A DNA stretch of 8,930 bases from Candidatus Heimdallarchaeota archaeon (GCA_020351745.1 CP070665.1:1125430-1134359); one strand, 5' to 3'; positions 1 to 6,600 are shown, counted from the first letter of the stretch. A program made the numbers and translations. Notes: generated by a model from the sequence alone, not told the origin.

Positions 1-169
1 GTATCACAGTTTGGGGGGCCTTCAACACACGAATCACGTTTTCTATGTCTTCAAAAACGGTCTGATCAAATTCAATGTGCTGTAGTCCCATAGCTGAAGC
101 TATTTCCACCCACATCGACGGAAGAATACCGTTTATTTTCTGAATAGTCAAACCTGTAGTAAAAGTCAT
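1..169 (-). CDS. hypothetical protein, N-terminal fragment (continues past the left edge); possibly a xylose-isomerase-like TIM-barrel protein
   Basis: Too short for the ORF track. ATG at 169..167 on the minus strand, open to position 1 (56 codons): MTFTTGLTIQKINGILPSMWVEIASAMGLQHIEFDQTVFEDIENVIRVLKAPQTVI. It lies 35 nt downstream of the M16 gene stop on the same strand. The family hint (A..GLQHIEF near the N-terminus) is by eye only. Confidence 0.35.
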   Translation of the reverse strand, partial: MTFTTGLTIQKINGILPSMWVEIASAMGLQHIEFDQTVFEDIENVIRVLKAPQTVI

Positions 170-204
170 TTACTCATCTTCTGGCATTATCTCGATCTTT
201 ATTG

Positions 205-1518
205 TTACCAGGGTCCATGTTTTGGGAATTGAGGTTCCCAATTAGGTGGAATCGTACCAGTAGCATAAACTGTTATATTGAAGTTCTCTAGCAAATTATC
301 TTTAGCATTCTGAATATCTTCTGGACTGATTTGAAAGATATTCTTCTGAAATTCTTTGACTGAGAGGGGTTGGTGGAATTTAACATACTTTTGAAGAAGA
401 TCAATCCCATAATTACTGGGATCCTCGATTTCAGAAAGATATGACCCCCAAACTTCATCTTTCAGCGCGTTAGCGATTTGAGGGGAAATTTCTAGATCAC
501 GAACATAAATCATTAAGTCAATAACCTTTTGAAAGACCTCTTCTGTCTTGTTAGGAGGGCTTATGAAGAGAATATTACCTATTGAGACATCATAGAGAGC
601 TTCAAATCCATAGCGACATCCACTGGCTATTCCTTTGCTAATTACTTCCCTATACAATAATGAGGTGCGTGAATTTCCAATGAATGTATTTAGTAACAGT
701 AATGGGAAAAAGTCTGTTGATCGAATGCCAGGAGAGGTCCAAGTCAAAGCAACGTAAGAGAGGGGTTTTGATGTTTCCTTTTTGTAAAAGGAAATATTAC
801 TTATACCATTTTTTGGAGAAGGGTATTCAACATTTGGTGGGTAAATTGGATGTGTTCGTGGTTGGGCGATTGGATCACTGAAAATAGAGGTTAAGGGTTG
901 TTTTTCTGTTTCTAAATCGAAACCTCCGACCAGAGTCACTATCGCATTATCAAAAGAATACAAACGCTCAATGTAATCAAGCATCATATCAGGTGTAATA
1001 TCTGCTACAGAATCAAGTGTTCCAGGGATATTGTGCTCGAGTGCTGTACCAGTGAGATGTTTTTTCCGAACTGTAAGATTCGTATCGAATTCTGGCATAT
1101 CCGTATAAAATTGTATCTCTTGTAAAATAACTTCTTTCTCTGCTTTAAATTCTGTTGAATCAATGGTCTTATCAACTAATAATTCCTTCCAAATTTCTGC
1201 AGCTTTATGTAAATTCCGACTAGGGACTTTTGCATAATATGCTGTATGATCGTAGGTTGTATATGCGTTTAAATCAGCTCCCAGGCGTGTGAACGCCTCG
1301 TTTACTTGTTTCGCGGTTTTAGTAGGGGTTCCTTTGAAGAACATGTGTTCTATAAAATGACTAATCCCATCATTTGATCCAGGGCCAAATCCTTCCTCAT
1401 ACATTGCTCCTGCATGGAAACCAACCGCGAATAAAGTCGTTTTCCCACCTGGAATTGAGACTAATTGCAATTTTAGATTATTATCCAAAGTTACGATTTC
1501 AAATTGATCGGTCAGCAT
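205..1518 (-). CDS. M16B (pitrilysin/insulinase family) zinc metallopeptidase, catalytically competent subunit
   Basis: 437-aa ORF with an ATG start. The inverted zinc motif HFIEH (aa 54-58, nt 1345..1359) sits in GISHFIEHMFFKGT. The distal Glu in EKEVILQEIQ (E134) is 76 residues after the second His, the spacing I recall for MPP-beta zinc ligands. The ~50-kDa two-domain size is typical of M16B. Start is 13 nt after the upstream gene stop. Confidence 0.9.
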   Translation of the reverse strand: MLTDQFEIVTLDNNLKLQLVSIPGGKTTLFAVGFHAGAMYEEGFGPGSNDGISHFIEHMFFKGTPTKTAKQVNEAFTRLGADLNAYTTYDHTAYYAKVPSRNLHKAAEIWKELLVDKTIDSTEFKAEKEVILQEIQFYTDMPEFDTNLTVRKKHLTGTALEHNIPGTLDSVADITPDMMLDYIERLYSFDNAIVTLVGGFDLETEKQPLTSIFSDPIAQPRTHPIYPPNVEYPSPKNGISNISFYKKETSKPLSYVALTWTSPGIRSTDFFPLLLLNTFIGNSRTSLLYREVISKGIASGCRYGFEALYDVSIGNILFISPPNKTEEVFQKVIDLMIYVRDLEISPQIANALKDEVWGSYLSEIEDPSNYGIDLLQKYVKFHQPLSVKEFQKNIFQISPEDIQNAKDNLLENFNITVYATGTIPPNWEPQFPKHGPW

Positions 1519-1531
1519 TGATTTTCTCTCA

Positions 1532-2782
1532 TTATCCAGTATAAGTATTTCTTTTCCAACTTTCTTGAATCTGAGCGAAATTTATATCACCAACAATAGC
1601 TAAACTAACATTTTCAGGACAAAGGAGAGTTTCTTTCCACCACGAGTTGATACCTTCAGAAGTTACCACTTCAATTTCCTTATATCCTGACTCAATGTTC
1701 GGTGGAAGACCATGGACTCCCCTATTTATAATTCGAGAAGCTGTTGAACGGGAATCATCAAAAGATAAATCTAGTTGTCCTAAGATGAAATCACGGGTTG
1801 TATCATATTCTTCTTGTGATATAATCTCTCTACGTATATCGGTAAGTAGCTCCACTAACGAGTTTATTGCTTCTTCTGTCCTCTTTGGAGATGTTTCCAT
1901 GTAACAACGTAGTACTAATGATTTATCTAGAAGTTTCAAAGTCGATCCAGCAATGTATCCAAATGCTTTTTGTTCTCTCAGAATTGAGAACATTCTGGAG
2001 CCAAAAGATTCTCCAAGGAGAGCACTGGAAAAACGTGCCAGACCGATTGTATTCGGATTTGCATCAGTTACAATGTTGACACAAAGATATACACTACCCT
2101 CTTCCTTTGAAGATGCAGCAATAAGATTATTTGGTTGTATTTCTCTTTGAGGAAATGATTGAAGCTTTTGAGTCTTTGTTCTTTGGTTTGAAAGAAATTC
2201 AGTTAATTTTTGGTCTATTTGTTTATGAAGACCTTCTGAAATCGCTCCCACGGCAAATCCCCACGGATTAATTAATAATTCATGATGAGTTTTTTGTAGA
2301 TCGTCTCTCGTGAGTTTTCCTAAGGATTCAGGTGTTCCAATTTGAGAGCGGCCAAGGGGATGATTCTCTCCAAAAGTGGCTTTATCCGCGTCAAAAATCA
2401 TCATCCTTCGTATTGGATTAGATCGAACTTGATGGAAAATCTGGACTAAATTCTGTTTTTCAATAAGAAAATGAGGTTCCTCTAAGGTGGGGTGTGAAAT
2501 CATTTCGAAAAGAAGATCCAAAGTTCGGATTGCATATTTTGGTTGAATTTGAGCACCGATAATAGAGAAATCTTTTTCTGTAGAAGAAAACAGCGAGCCA
2601 CCTGTCCCATCAATCAATCTAGCGATTTCAGTTTCGTTATGTTGTTCCGTCCCTCGAGCCATGGTTTGTAACAGAACTTGGGTGGTACCAGCAAGTTTAT
2701 CGTGAGCTGCCCCTCGGTGGGTAACGATCCCCAAGCATATTGTACGTAAGTTAGGATATGGTCGAATCACTGTTGAGAGCAT
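1532..2782 (-). CDS. M16B-family peptidase-like protein, non-catalytic subunit (zinc motif lost)
   Basis: 416-aa ORF with an ATG start and GGAG (2791..2794) 8 nt upstream. GTTQVLLQTMARGT aligns with GISHFIEHMFFKGT of the neighbouring gene, so HxxEH is replaced by QVLLQ (aa 35-39, nt 2666..2680). Both His ligands and the catalytic Glu are therefore missing. Overall length is M16B-like. Confidence 0.85.
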   Translation of the reverse strand: MLSTVIRPYPNLRTICLGIVTHRGAAHDKLAGTTQVLLQTMARGTEQHNETEIARLIDGTGGSLFSSTEKDFSIIGAQIQPKYAIRTLDLLFEMISHPTLEEPHFLIEKQNLVQIFHQVRSNPIRRMMIFDADKATFGENHPLGRSQIGTPESLGKLTRDDLQKTHHELLINPWGFAVGAISEGLHKQIDQKLTEFLSNQRTKTQKLQSFPQREIQPNNLIAASSKEEGSVYLCVNIVTDANPNTIGLARFSSALLGESFGSRMFSILREQKAFGYIAGSTLKLLDKSLVLRCYMETSPKRTEEAINSLVELLTDIRREIISQEEYDTTRDFILGQLDLSFDDSRSTASRIINRGVHGLPPNIESGYKEIEVVTSEGINSWWKETLLCPENVSLAIVGDINFAQIQESWKRNTYTG

Positions 2783-2849
2783 AGAAAAATCTCCATAAAG
2801 ATGTACTAAGGAATTTATTAATAAAATAATGCATAAATCATGGATTGTA

Positions 2850-4382
2850 TCATTGAGTGAGCTGGAGGGTCATCGTACGTTCGGGAGCAACTTTCACTAT
2901 TTTTGCTCGGCCTTTTTTCCACCACCAAAGAATTGCTCCACCTACAGCGCCAACGAAAAGAAGGACCTGAGCAATAATTATCACCCAAATCATATCGAAA
3001 GATCTAGCAAGTTGCGGAAGAAGGATAGCTAATTGACCAGCCATTGTTGCTTGAAGGGTACCATTGAATAATGAGTCGACAGCTGGCATAGTACCACCTC
3101 CGATTATTCCTATTAAAGCTGCTACTTGACTGACACGATGACTGGCAACAGACAATTCTGGGAGATCTAATCGTAGTAAAACTGTTTCTCTCTCGTCTTT
3201 TATGAAGAGGGATCCTTCGAGAGATGTAGCTCGGAATCCTGCTTCTACTAACGGAGTAATAAAGAATGTTAGCACTTTTGGGAGGTTTTGTGGTTTTGGA
3301 TCAATAATTTGAGAAGTGGGTTGTACTAAACATCCACCCAGTAATGGTTCCACAACTATTCGTTTAGTGATATCAAGTAGTTCAAACTCTCCCCGAGTCT
3401 CTTTTTCTTCCTCACCCGATAGAAAGTGCTTCTTATCAGCAGCAATCTTTTTTGCTATCTGCGACAAAGTTACAGTAAATGGATAGGTTTTTCGAGGATT
3501 CATTCTGGAATAATAGTGAACGTGAGTATGAATAGTTTCAGGTTTTATTGTTTCAGGGCTGACTGTGGTGGGTGGTATAGGTTTTTCCTCAATTTCAGTC
3601 TTAAGTTCTTCTTTTATCACCTTTTTTCGTTTTTTTGAAACCTCTTCTTCTCGAATATCAAAACTCTCAGCTGCTTTAATAGGAGCTGCTGTTGGTGCTG
3701 GTGGAGGTGCCTCTGAAGGGGGAGGTGGTGGTGCAGGTTGCGGAGCTGGGGGAGCAGCTCTAGCAGCAGGACGAGATACGGGCGAAACTCCGCCAGAAGG
3801 GCCAGATGGTGTCCTCAAAACAGGTTTAGGGGGAGGGGTTGGCGGAGGCGCGGGTTCTGCAATTTCGGGAGGCGCTTCTGATTTTAGTTTTTCTGATGTA
3901 ATCTCTTCTAAAGCACCTTCAAGGATGTCATCAAGAACTGCTTCATCAAAAGCTGCTACTTCCTCTTTTTCATCCATTGCTTCCTCAATTGTTTCTTCTT
4001 CATGAAGTAAGGGAATGTCTTCTAGTTTACTTGAAAGATTGACCGCGCTTTTAGAGTAAAGCTTATCTGTTGACAGTGCTAATTCAGTTAAAACTGGTTG
4101 AATTTTTTCATATTGGGTTAGTTCTTCCCAAATAGCACCTGCTAAAAGTAAGGTTTCCAGAATAACATATTTACCAGCCTCCGTGGCTTCTTTTAATATT
4201 GTAAGAATAGTTGAAAGAAATCTAGAAGGTGTTTGAGGAAAAAAGGTTTCAAAAGTTGAGGCAAGATAATGATGAAACTCCTTATTATTAACATATTTTG
4301 AGTCGTTTGGGAGAGTTAGAAGAAAATTAGGAACAAAATCTAACCAATTCGAGGCAGATTGAAGAGAGAAAGGGAAAAACAT
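2850..4382 (-). CDS. multidomain membrane-anchored protein: helical/acidic N-terminal domain, polyproline tract, beta-rich domain, C-terminal TM anchor; function unknown
   Basis: 510-aa ORF with ATG at 4382 and GAGGT (4389..4393) 6 nt upstream. aa 1-~125 are helical. aa 125-169 are strongly acidic. aa 170-234 are Pro/Ala-rich (PAPPPTPPPKP, APPAPQPAPPPPPSEAPPPAP). aa 245-265 form a K/E-rich linker. aa ~285-415 show an alternating hydrophobic beta-strand pattern (YPFTVTL, RIVVEPLLGGCLVQP, LTFFITPLVEAG, VLLRLDLPELSV). The hydrophobic span MIWVIIIAQVLLFVGAVGGAILWWW (nt 2919..2993) is followed by KKGRAK. No obvious N-terminal signal peptide. Confidence 0.8.
   Translation of the reverse strand: MFFPFSLQSASNWLDFVPNFLLTLPNDSKYVNNKEFHHYLASTFETFFPQTPSRFLSTILTILKEATEAGKYVILETLLLAGAIWEELTQYEKIQPVLTELALSTDKLYSKSAVNLSSKLEDIPLLHEEETIEEAMDEKEEVAAFDEAVLDDILEGALEEITSEKLKSEAPPEIAEPAPPPTPPPKPVLRTPSGPSGGVSPVSRPAARAAPPAPQPAPPPPPSEAPPPAPTAAPIKAAESFDIREEEVSKKRKKVIKEELKTEIEEKPIPPTTVSPETIKPETIHTHVHYYSRMNPRKTYPFTVTLSQIAKKIAADKKHFLSGEEEKETRGEFELLDITKRIVVEPLLGGCLVQPTSQIIDPKPQNLPKVLTFFITPLVEAGFRATSLEGSLFIKDERETVLLRLDLPELSVASHRVSQVAALIGIIGGGTMPAVDSLFNGTLQATMAGQLAILLPQLARSFDMIWVIIIAQVLLFVGAVGGAILWWWKKGRAKIVKVAPERTMTLQLTQ
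3681..3875 (-). repeat. low-complexity polyproline (Pro/Ala-rich) coding tract; local GC-rich island
   Basis: aa 170-234 of the 510-aa protein. Runs of CCN/GCN codons make this ~200 nt far more GC-rich than the AT-rich surroundings. They also produce the Gly-rich antisense shadow ORF 3565..4005. Confidence 0.8.
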
Positions 4383-4440
4383 CGTTTAACCTCTTTTAAA
4401 ATATCAAAATTTCTTCTTCTTAAAGCATTTTTTCATTCAG

Positions 4441-4446
4441 AAAAAA
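4441..4446 (-). terminator. oligo-T run (T6 on the minus strand) downstream of the 4518 stop; possible archaeal-type terminator separating two transcription units
   Basis: Plus-strand A6 at 4441..4446, which is T6 on the minus strand, about 70 nt after the stop. Further T-rich runs (cttttgctttctt) follow the stop directly. The 135-nt gap is the largest within the minus-strand cluster. Confidence 0.3.
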
Positions 4447-4517
4447 GACAACAAAGTAGAACCAATGGGATATGTATAGTGTTAATCTGTTAAATGAATA
4501 TAAGAAAGCAAAAGATT

Positions 4518-4901
4518 TCACTTCTGTGACTCTGCACTAGCTCGAAGTATGATGATCTCATTTTGAATTTCTTTAATGAGTTCATCATAAGGGCAAAGAA
4601 GGTATAGATCAATGTTTCTTATCGTCTCAGGGTTATTAATATTAAAAAGAGTTCCTTCATCAACTAATTTGGCTAAACCTTGGGGAACAAACACAATTCC
4701 TTCACGAATGAGTCTAAAGATTTCCCGTAATAAGTTCTCCTTTTCTTGTAATGTTTGTATCCCAAGGAGGTTTAACAGAAACTGTAAATTTTGCCTTTCT
4801 GTGTCCTTAAATGATAATAAAATGAGCGCACGATCTGTTAATTGAACTCGTTCTTCTTCAGTTATTTCAATTTCTTTCGATAGATTTCTGTTAGTTTTCA
4901 T
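4518..4901 (-). CDS. small winged-helix-like protein of unknown family, paralog B (copy of 5406..5870)
   Basis: 127-aa ORF with an ATG start. It aligns without gaps to the 5406..5894 product: 66 identities over 110 positions by my hand count. Shared blocks are DRAL.LLSFKDT, LIREGIV(F/Y)VP.GL, INN, NID..LL.PY(D/E)ELI(K/R)EIQNEI. The helix-rich core followed by a G-I-V-x-V-P hairpin resembles a winged-helix fold; this is inference. Confidence 0.8.
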   Translation of the reverse strand: MKTNRNLSKEIEITEEERVQLTDRALILLSFKDTERQNLQFLLNLLGIQTLQEKENLLREIFRLIREGIVFVPQGLAKLVDEGTLFNINNPETIRNIDLYLLCPYDELIKEIQNEIIILRASAESQK

Positions 4902-4945
4902 CGGAATCTCGGCCTTTGCATATCCATGATAAGTCCTTACATAAT

Positions 4946-5422
4946 TTAAAATTGGGGAGATAGGTATAATAGCAATAATCGCTTGAGTAATGAATTATCT
5001 TCAAATCCTAAGGAAGGAATCAGCTCGAAATTGATTTGAGACAAGACCTCAGTTACCGAACAGCTTTTTAGGATGTTTAACTTATCTCTAACAGCATTAA
5101 TTTCATGATAGAGTTCATTTAATTGAGTAAAATTGTTGATTTGGTAATTAAAGACCTTCCGAATCTCCTCAAAATTATTGTAGAGCTTTACAAGTTCTTC
5201 AATAGGAGTTTGGGAAGGTAGTTCGAGTTCTGACTGCATATGTTTTATAAATCGCCAAGTGGCAATTAAATCATGTTCAGAGGAACCATTGGTTAATTTC
5301 AGGAATTCCTTAAGTTGTTTGACTTCTCGCTGTTTTTCACTATCCTTAGATGCAAGATCTTTGTGGAACATCATTTTCCATCCATCCGATTCATTGGTAT
5401 AGTATTTATGGATCTTTAACAA
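4946..5422 (-). CDS. all-helical hypothetical protein, upstream partner of paralog B
   Basis: 158-aa ORF whose listed start is TTG (5422..5420), overlapping the upstream gene by 17 nt. The first ATG pair is at 5374/5371, giving ~142 aa. The sequence is K/E/L/N-rich and looks alpha-helical. The C-terminal SLLKRLLLLYL resembles SELKRLLTYFL in the 5872..6189 product. The stop lies 44 nt upstream of the 4901 start. Confidence 0.65.
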   Translation of the reverse strand: MLKIHKYYTNESDGWKMMFHKDLASKDSEKQREVKQLKEFLKLTNGSSEHDLIATWRFIKHMQSELELPSQTPIEELVKLYNNFEEIRKVFNYQINNFTQLNELYHEINAVRDKLNILKSCSVTEVLSQINFELIPSLGFEDNSLLKRLLLLYLSPQF

Positions 5423-5870
5423 CCGTAATAGTACTCAACTCAGTTATCTCGTTTTGAATTTCACGAATTAATTCCTCATAGGGACGCAGGAGGCATATAT
5501 CAATATTTTCGGCTTCTAAAGAGTTGTTAATATCAAGACGAGAACCTTGATCGATTAATTGAGGGAGTCCACGAGGTACATACACTATCCCCTCTCGAAT
5601 TAAACGGTAAATCTCTTGTAATGTATTCCTCTTCTCTTCTAATGTGCTAATACCAAGAACATTTAAGACATACCGTAAGTTTTGAGTAGAAGTATCTTTG
5701 AACGAAAGAAGCAGAAGAGCACGATCTGCTAAGCGGTGAATATCACTTTCAGTTACCTCTACTCTTTTCTCTTCTTTTGATTGTAAGAATGGTTTATCCA
5801 ATAGAGATTCACGAGCTGTCTTTTTACGATTTGGTTCAACTTTTCGAATCGAAACAAATTCTGAAAACAT
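5406..5870 (-). CDS. small winged-helix-like protein of unknown family, paralog A (with a basic N-terminal extension)
   Basis: The ORF track gives 5406..5894 (162 aa). I prefer the ATG at 5870 (154 aa). GGAGGT (5878..5883) lies 7 nt upstream of it, and the upstream gene stop (5874..5872) is separated from it by one nt (TGAcATG). It is the paralog of 4518..4901, about 60% identical over the ~110-aa core. The extra N-terminal ~35 aa are basic (SIRKVEPNRKKTARE). Confidence 0.8.
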   Translation of the reverse strand: MFSEFVSIRKVEPNRKKTARESLLDKPFLQSKEEKRVEVTESDIHRLADRALLLLSFKDTSTQNLRYVLNVLGISTLEEKRNTLQEIYRLIREGIVYVPRGLPQLIDQGSRLDINNSLEAENIDICLLRPYEELIREIQNEITELSTITVVKDP

Positions 5871-5871
5871 G

Positions 5872-6189
5872 TCAAATACCTCCAGTAAGCGCATACCGAG
5901 AACTATCTGCAGGATCCTGGATCATTTGCAGTCTTTCGTGCGAGAAATATTCGATTAAGTCAAGAAAATAAGTGAGGAGTCGTTTGAGTTCTGACTCTGA
6001 AAAATTATTTTTTTCGTCCATTTGGAGTAAACAGAGCTTATTTTGAAGCTCTAATGAAGAAAAGAGATTCGTAGACATGAATAATAGTTGAAATATTCGA
6101 TCTAATGATTCTTTGATGCCAAATTGGTCGGTTACTTGCACTTTTTTCAACGTCCATGTGTTTTTGGAAATCTTTACTTTGAATAACAA
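5872..6189 (-). CDS. helical hypothetical protein, upstream partner of paralog A (possibly a shortened copy of the 4946..5422 gene)
   Basis: 105-aa ORF whose listed start is TTG (6189..6187). The frame is open up to 6252 with no ATG or GTG, and the first ATG is at 6078 (M38). It shares the LKRLL-type motif with the 158-aa protein, but the overall similarity is weak. Its stop is coupled to the next gene start. Start and authenticity are uncertain. Confidence 0.45.
   Translation of the reverse strand: MLFKVKISKNTWTLKKVQVTDQFGIKESLDRIFQLLFMSTNLFSSLELQNKLCLLQMDEKNNFSESELKRLLTYFLDLIEYFSHERLQMIQDPADSSRYALTGGI
5878..5883 (-). promoter_or_regulatory. Shine-Dalgarno site (GGAGGT) for the ATG at 5870, inside the 3' end of the upstream ORF
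   Basis: Plus-strand acctcc at 5878..5883 reads GGAGGT on the minus strand. It has a 7-nt spacer to ATG 5870..5868, and the TGA of the upstream ORF lies between them (translational coupling). Confidence 0.5.
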
Positions 6190-6440
6190 ATGAAAATCGC
6201 ATGTTGAAATATAGGGAAGTAAATCATTTTGGACATAAATCGAAAAAAGTTGTCAGTAATCATCCAAAATCATCATATGGTAAGAAATGTTAAAAAACGA
6301 CAAAAATCATCAATGGAAAAGCTCTCCCTCCATTGGTACGGAAATCGAAGAATGAATATTGATTACTTAAAAAAGAAGCCATATAGAGTCTGAAATGAGT
6401 CAATAATATTTAGATTTATATGACTGAAGTTGTTTAGAGA

Positions 6441-6600
6441 CATGGAGGGCCATTAAAAGGCCACATGTTACCCTGGGAGGATTACCATTATATATGACAA
6501 ACCAGATTTAACCTAATAGAGTCTTTCAGGGTACTCCCAGGATTAATCTCGGGGGAGTCCTCTTATATGAGGGTATTTGTTGATTTTGTCGGGTTTTTTC
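6441..6600 (+). ncRNA. candidate small structured RNA (unclassified)
   Basis: A locally GC-enriched segment inside a ~500-bp gene-free AT-rich gap. It contains a perfect 8-bp stem, CCTGGGAG (6472..6479) with CTCCCAGG (6534..6541). There is an alternative 6-bp pairing, ACTCCC (6533..6538) with GGGAGT (6553..6558). Small hairpins are GGCC/GGCC (6448..6451 with 6459..6462) and CCTC/GAGG (6559..6562 with 6569..6572). The segment ends in T6 (6594..6599). A TTATATA-like box at 6488..6494 could act as a promoter. Strand and ends are uncertain, and no known RNA family was recognised. Confidence 0.25.

Noticed and set aside
684-2150. Plus-strand ORFs 684..881, 1647..1904, 1867..2079 and 1953..2150
   Set aside because: All are short and lie wholly antisense within the two M16 peptidase genes, whose family motifs establish the coding strand. 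Their sequences show no domain-like features.
2829-3638. Plus-strand ORFs 2829..3032 and 3426..3638
   Set aside because: They are antisense to the 510-aa gene (its TM anchor and beta-rich regions). They are short, Cys/Phe/Ser-rich and typical of AT-rich antisense frames.
3565-4005. 146-aa Gly/Ala/Ser-rich plus-strand ORF
   Set aside because: It is the antisense shadow of the polyproline tract, since CCN codons read as NGG on the other strand. It is low-complexity, lies entirely inside a well-supported minus-strand gene, and has no start context.
4612-5971. Plus-strand ORFs 4612..4845 and 5777..5971
   Set aside because: They are antisense to the two WH-like paralogs. The paralogy is seen only in the minus-strand frames, which fixes the true coding strand.
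6277-6393. 38-aa very basic plus-strand ORF (MVRNVKKRQKSSMEKLSLHWYGNRRMNIDYLKKKPYRV), plus an overlapping 30-aa antisense ORF (6290..6382) and a 30-aa ORF at 6201
   Set aside because: I briefly considered a small ribosomal-protein-like peptide, but there is no match to the L39e/L40e/L41e patterns I know and no SD or clear promoter. Lys-rich frames arise trivially from A-runs in AT-rich spacers, and the competing overlapping frames are equally plausible.
6386-6430. Possible C/D-box sRNA (ctga, atgag and atgactga elements)
   Set aside because: There is no proper RUGAUGA C box, and the C/D'/C'/D spacing is not satisfied. The elements are fragments expected by chance.
6531-6560. tRNA T-arm-like element (cccaGGATTAATCTcggg)
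   Set aside because: The loop lacks the TTCRAAT consensus. No acceptor, D or anticodon arms can be built around it, and there is no GGTTC-type motif anywhere in the intergenic regions.
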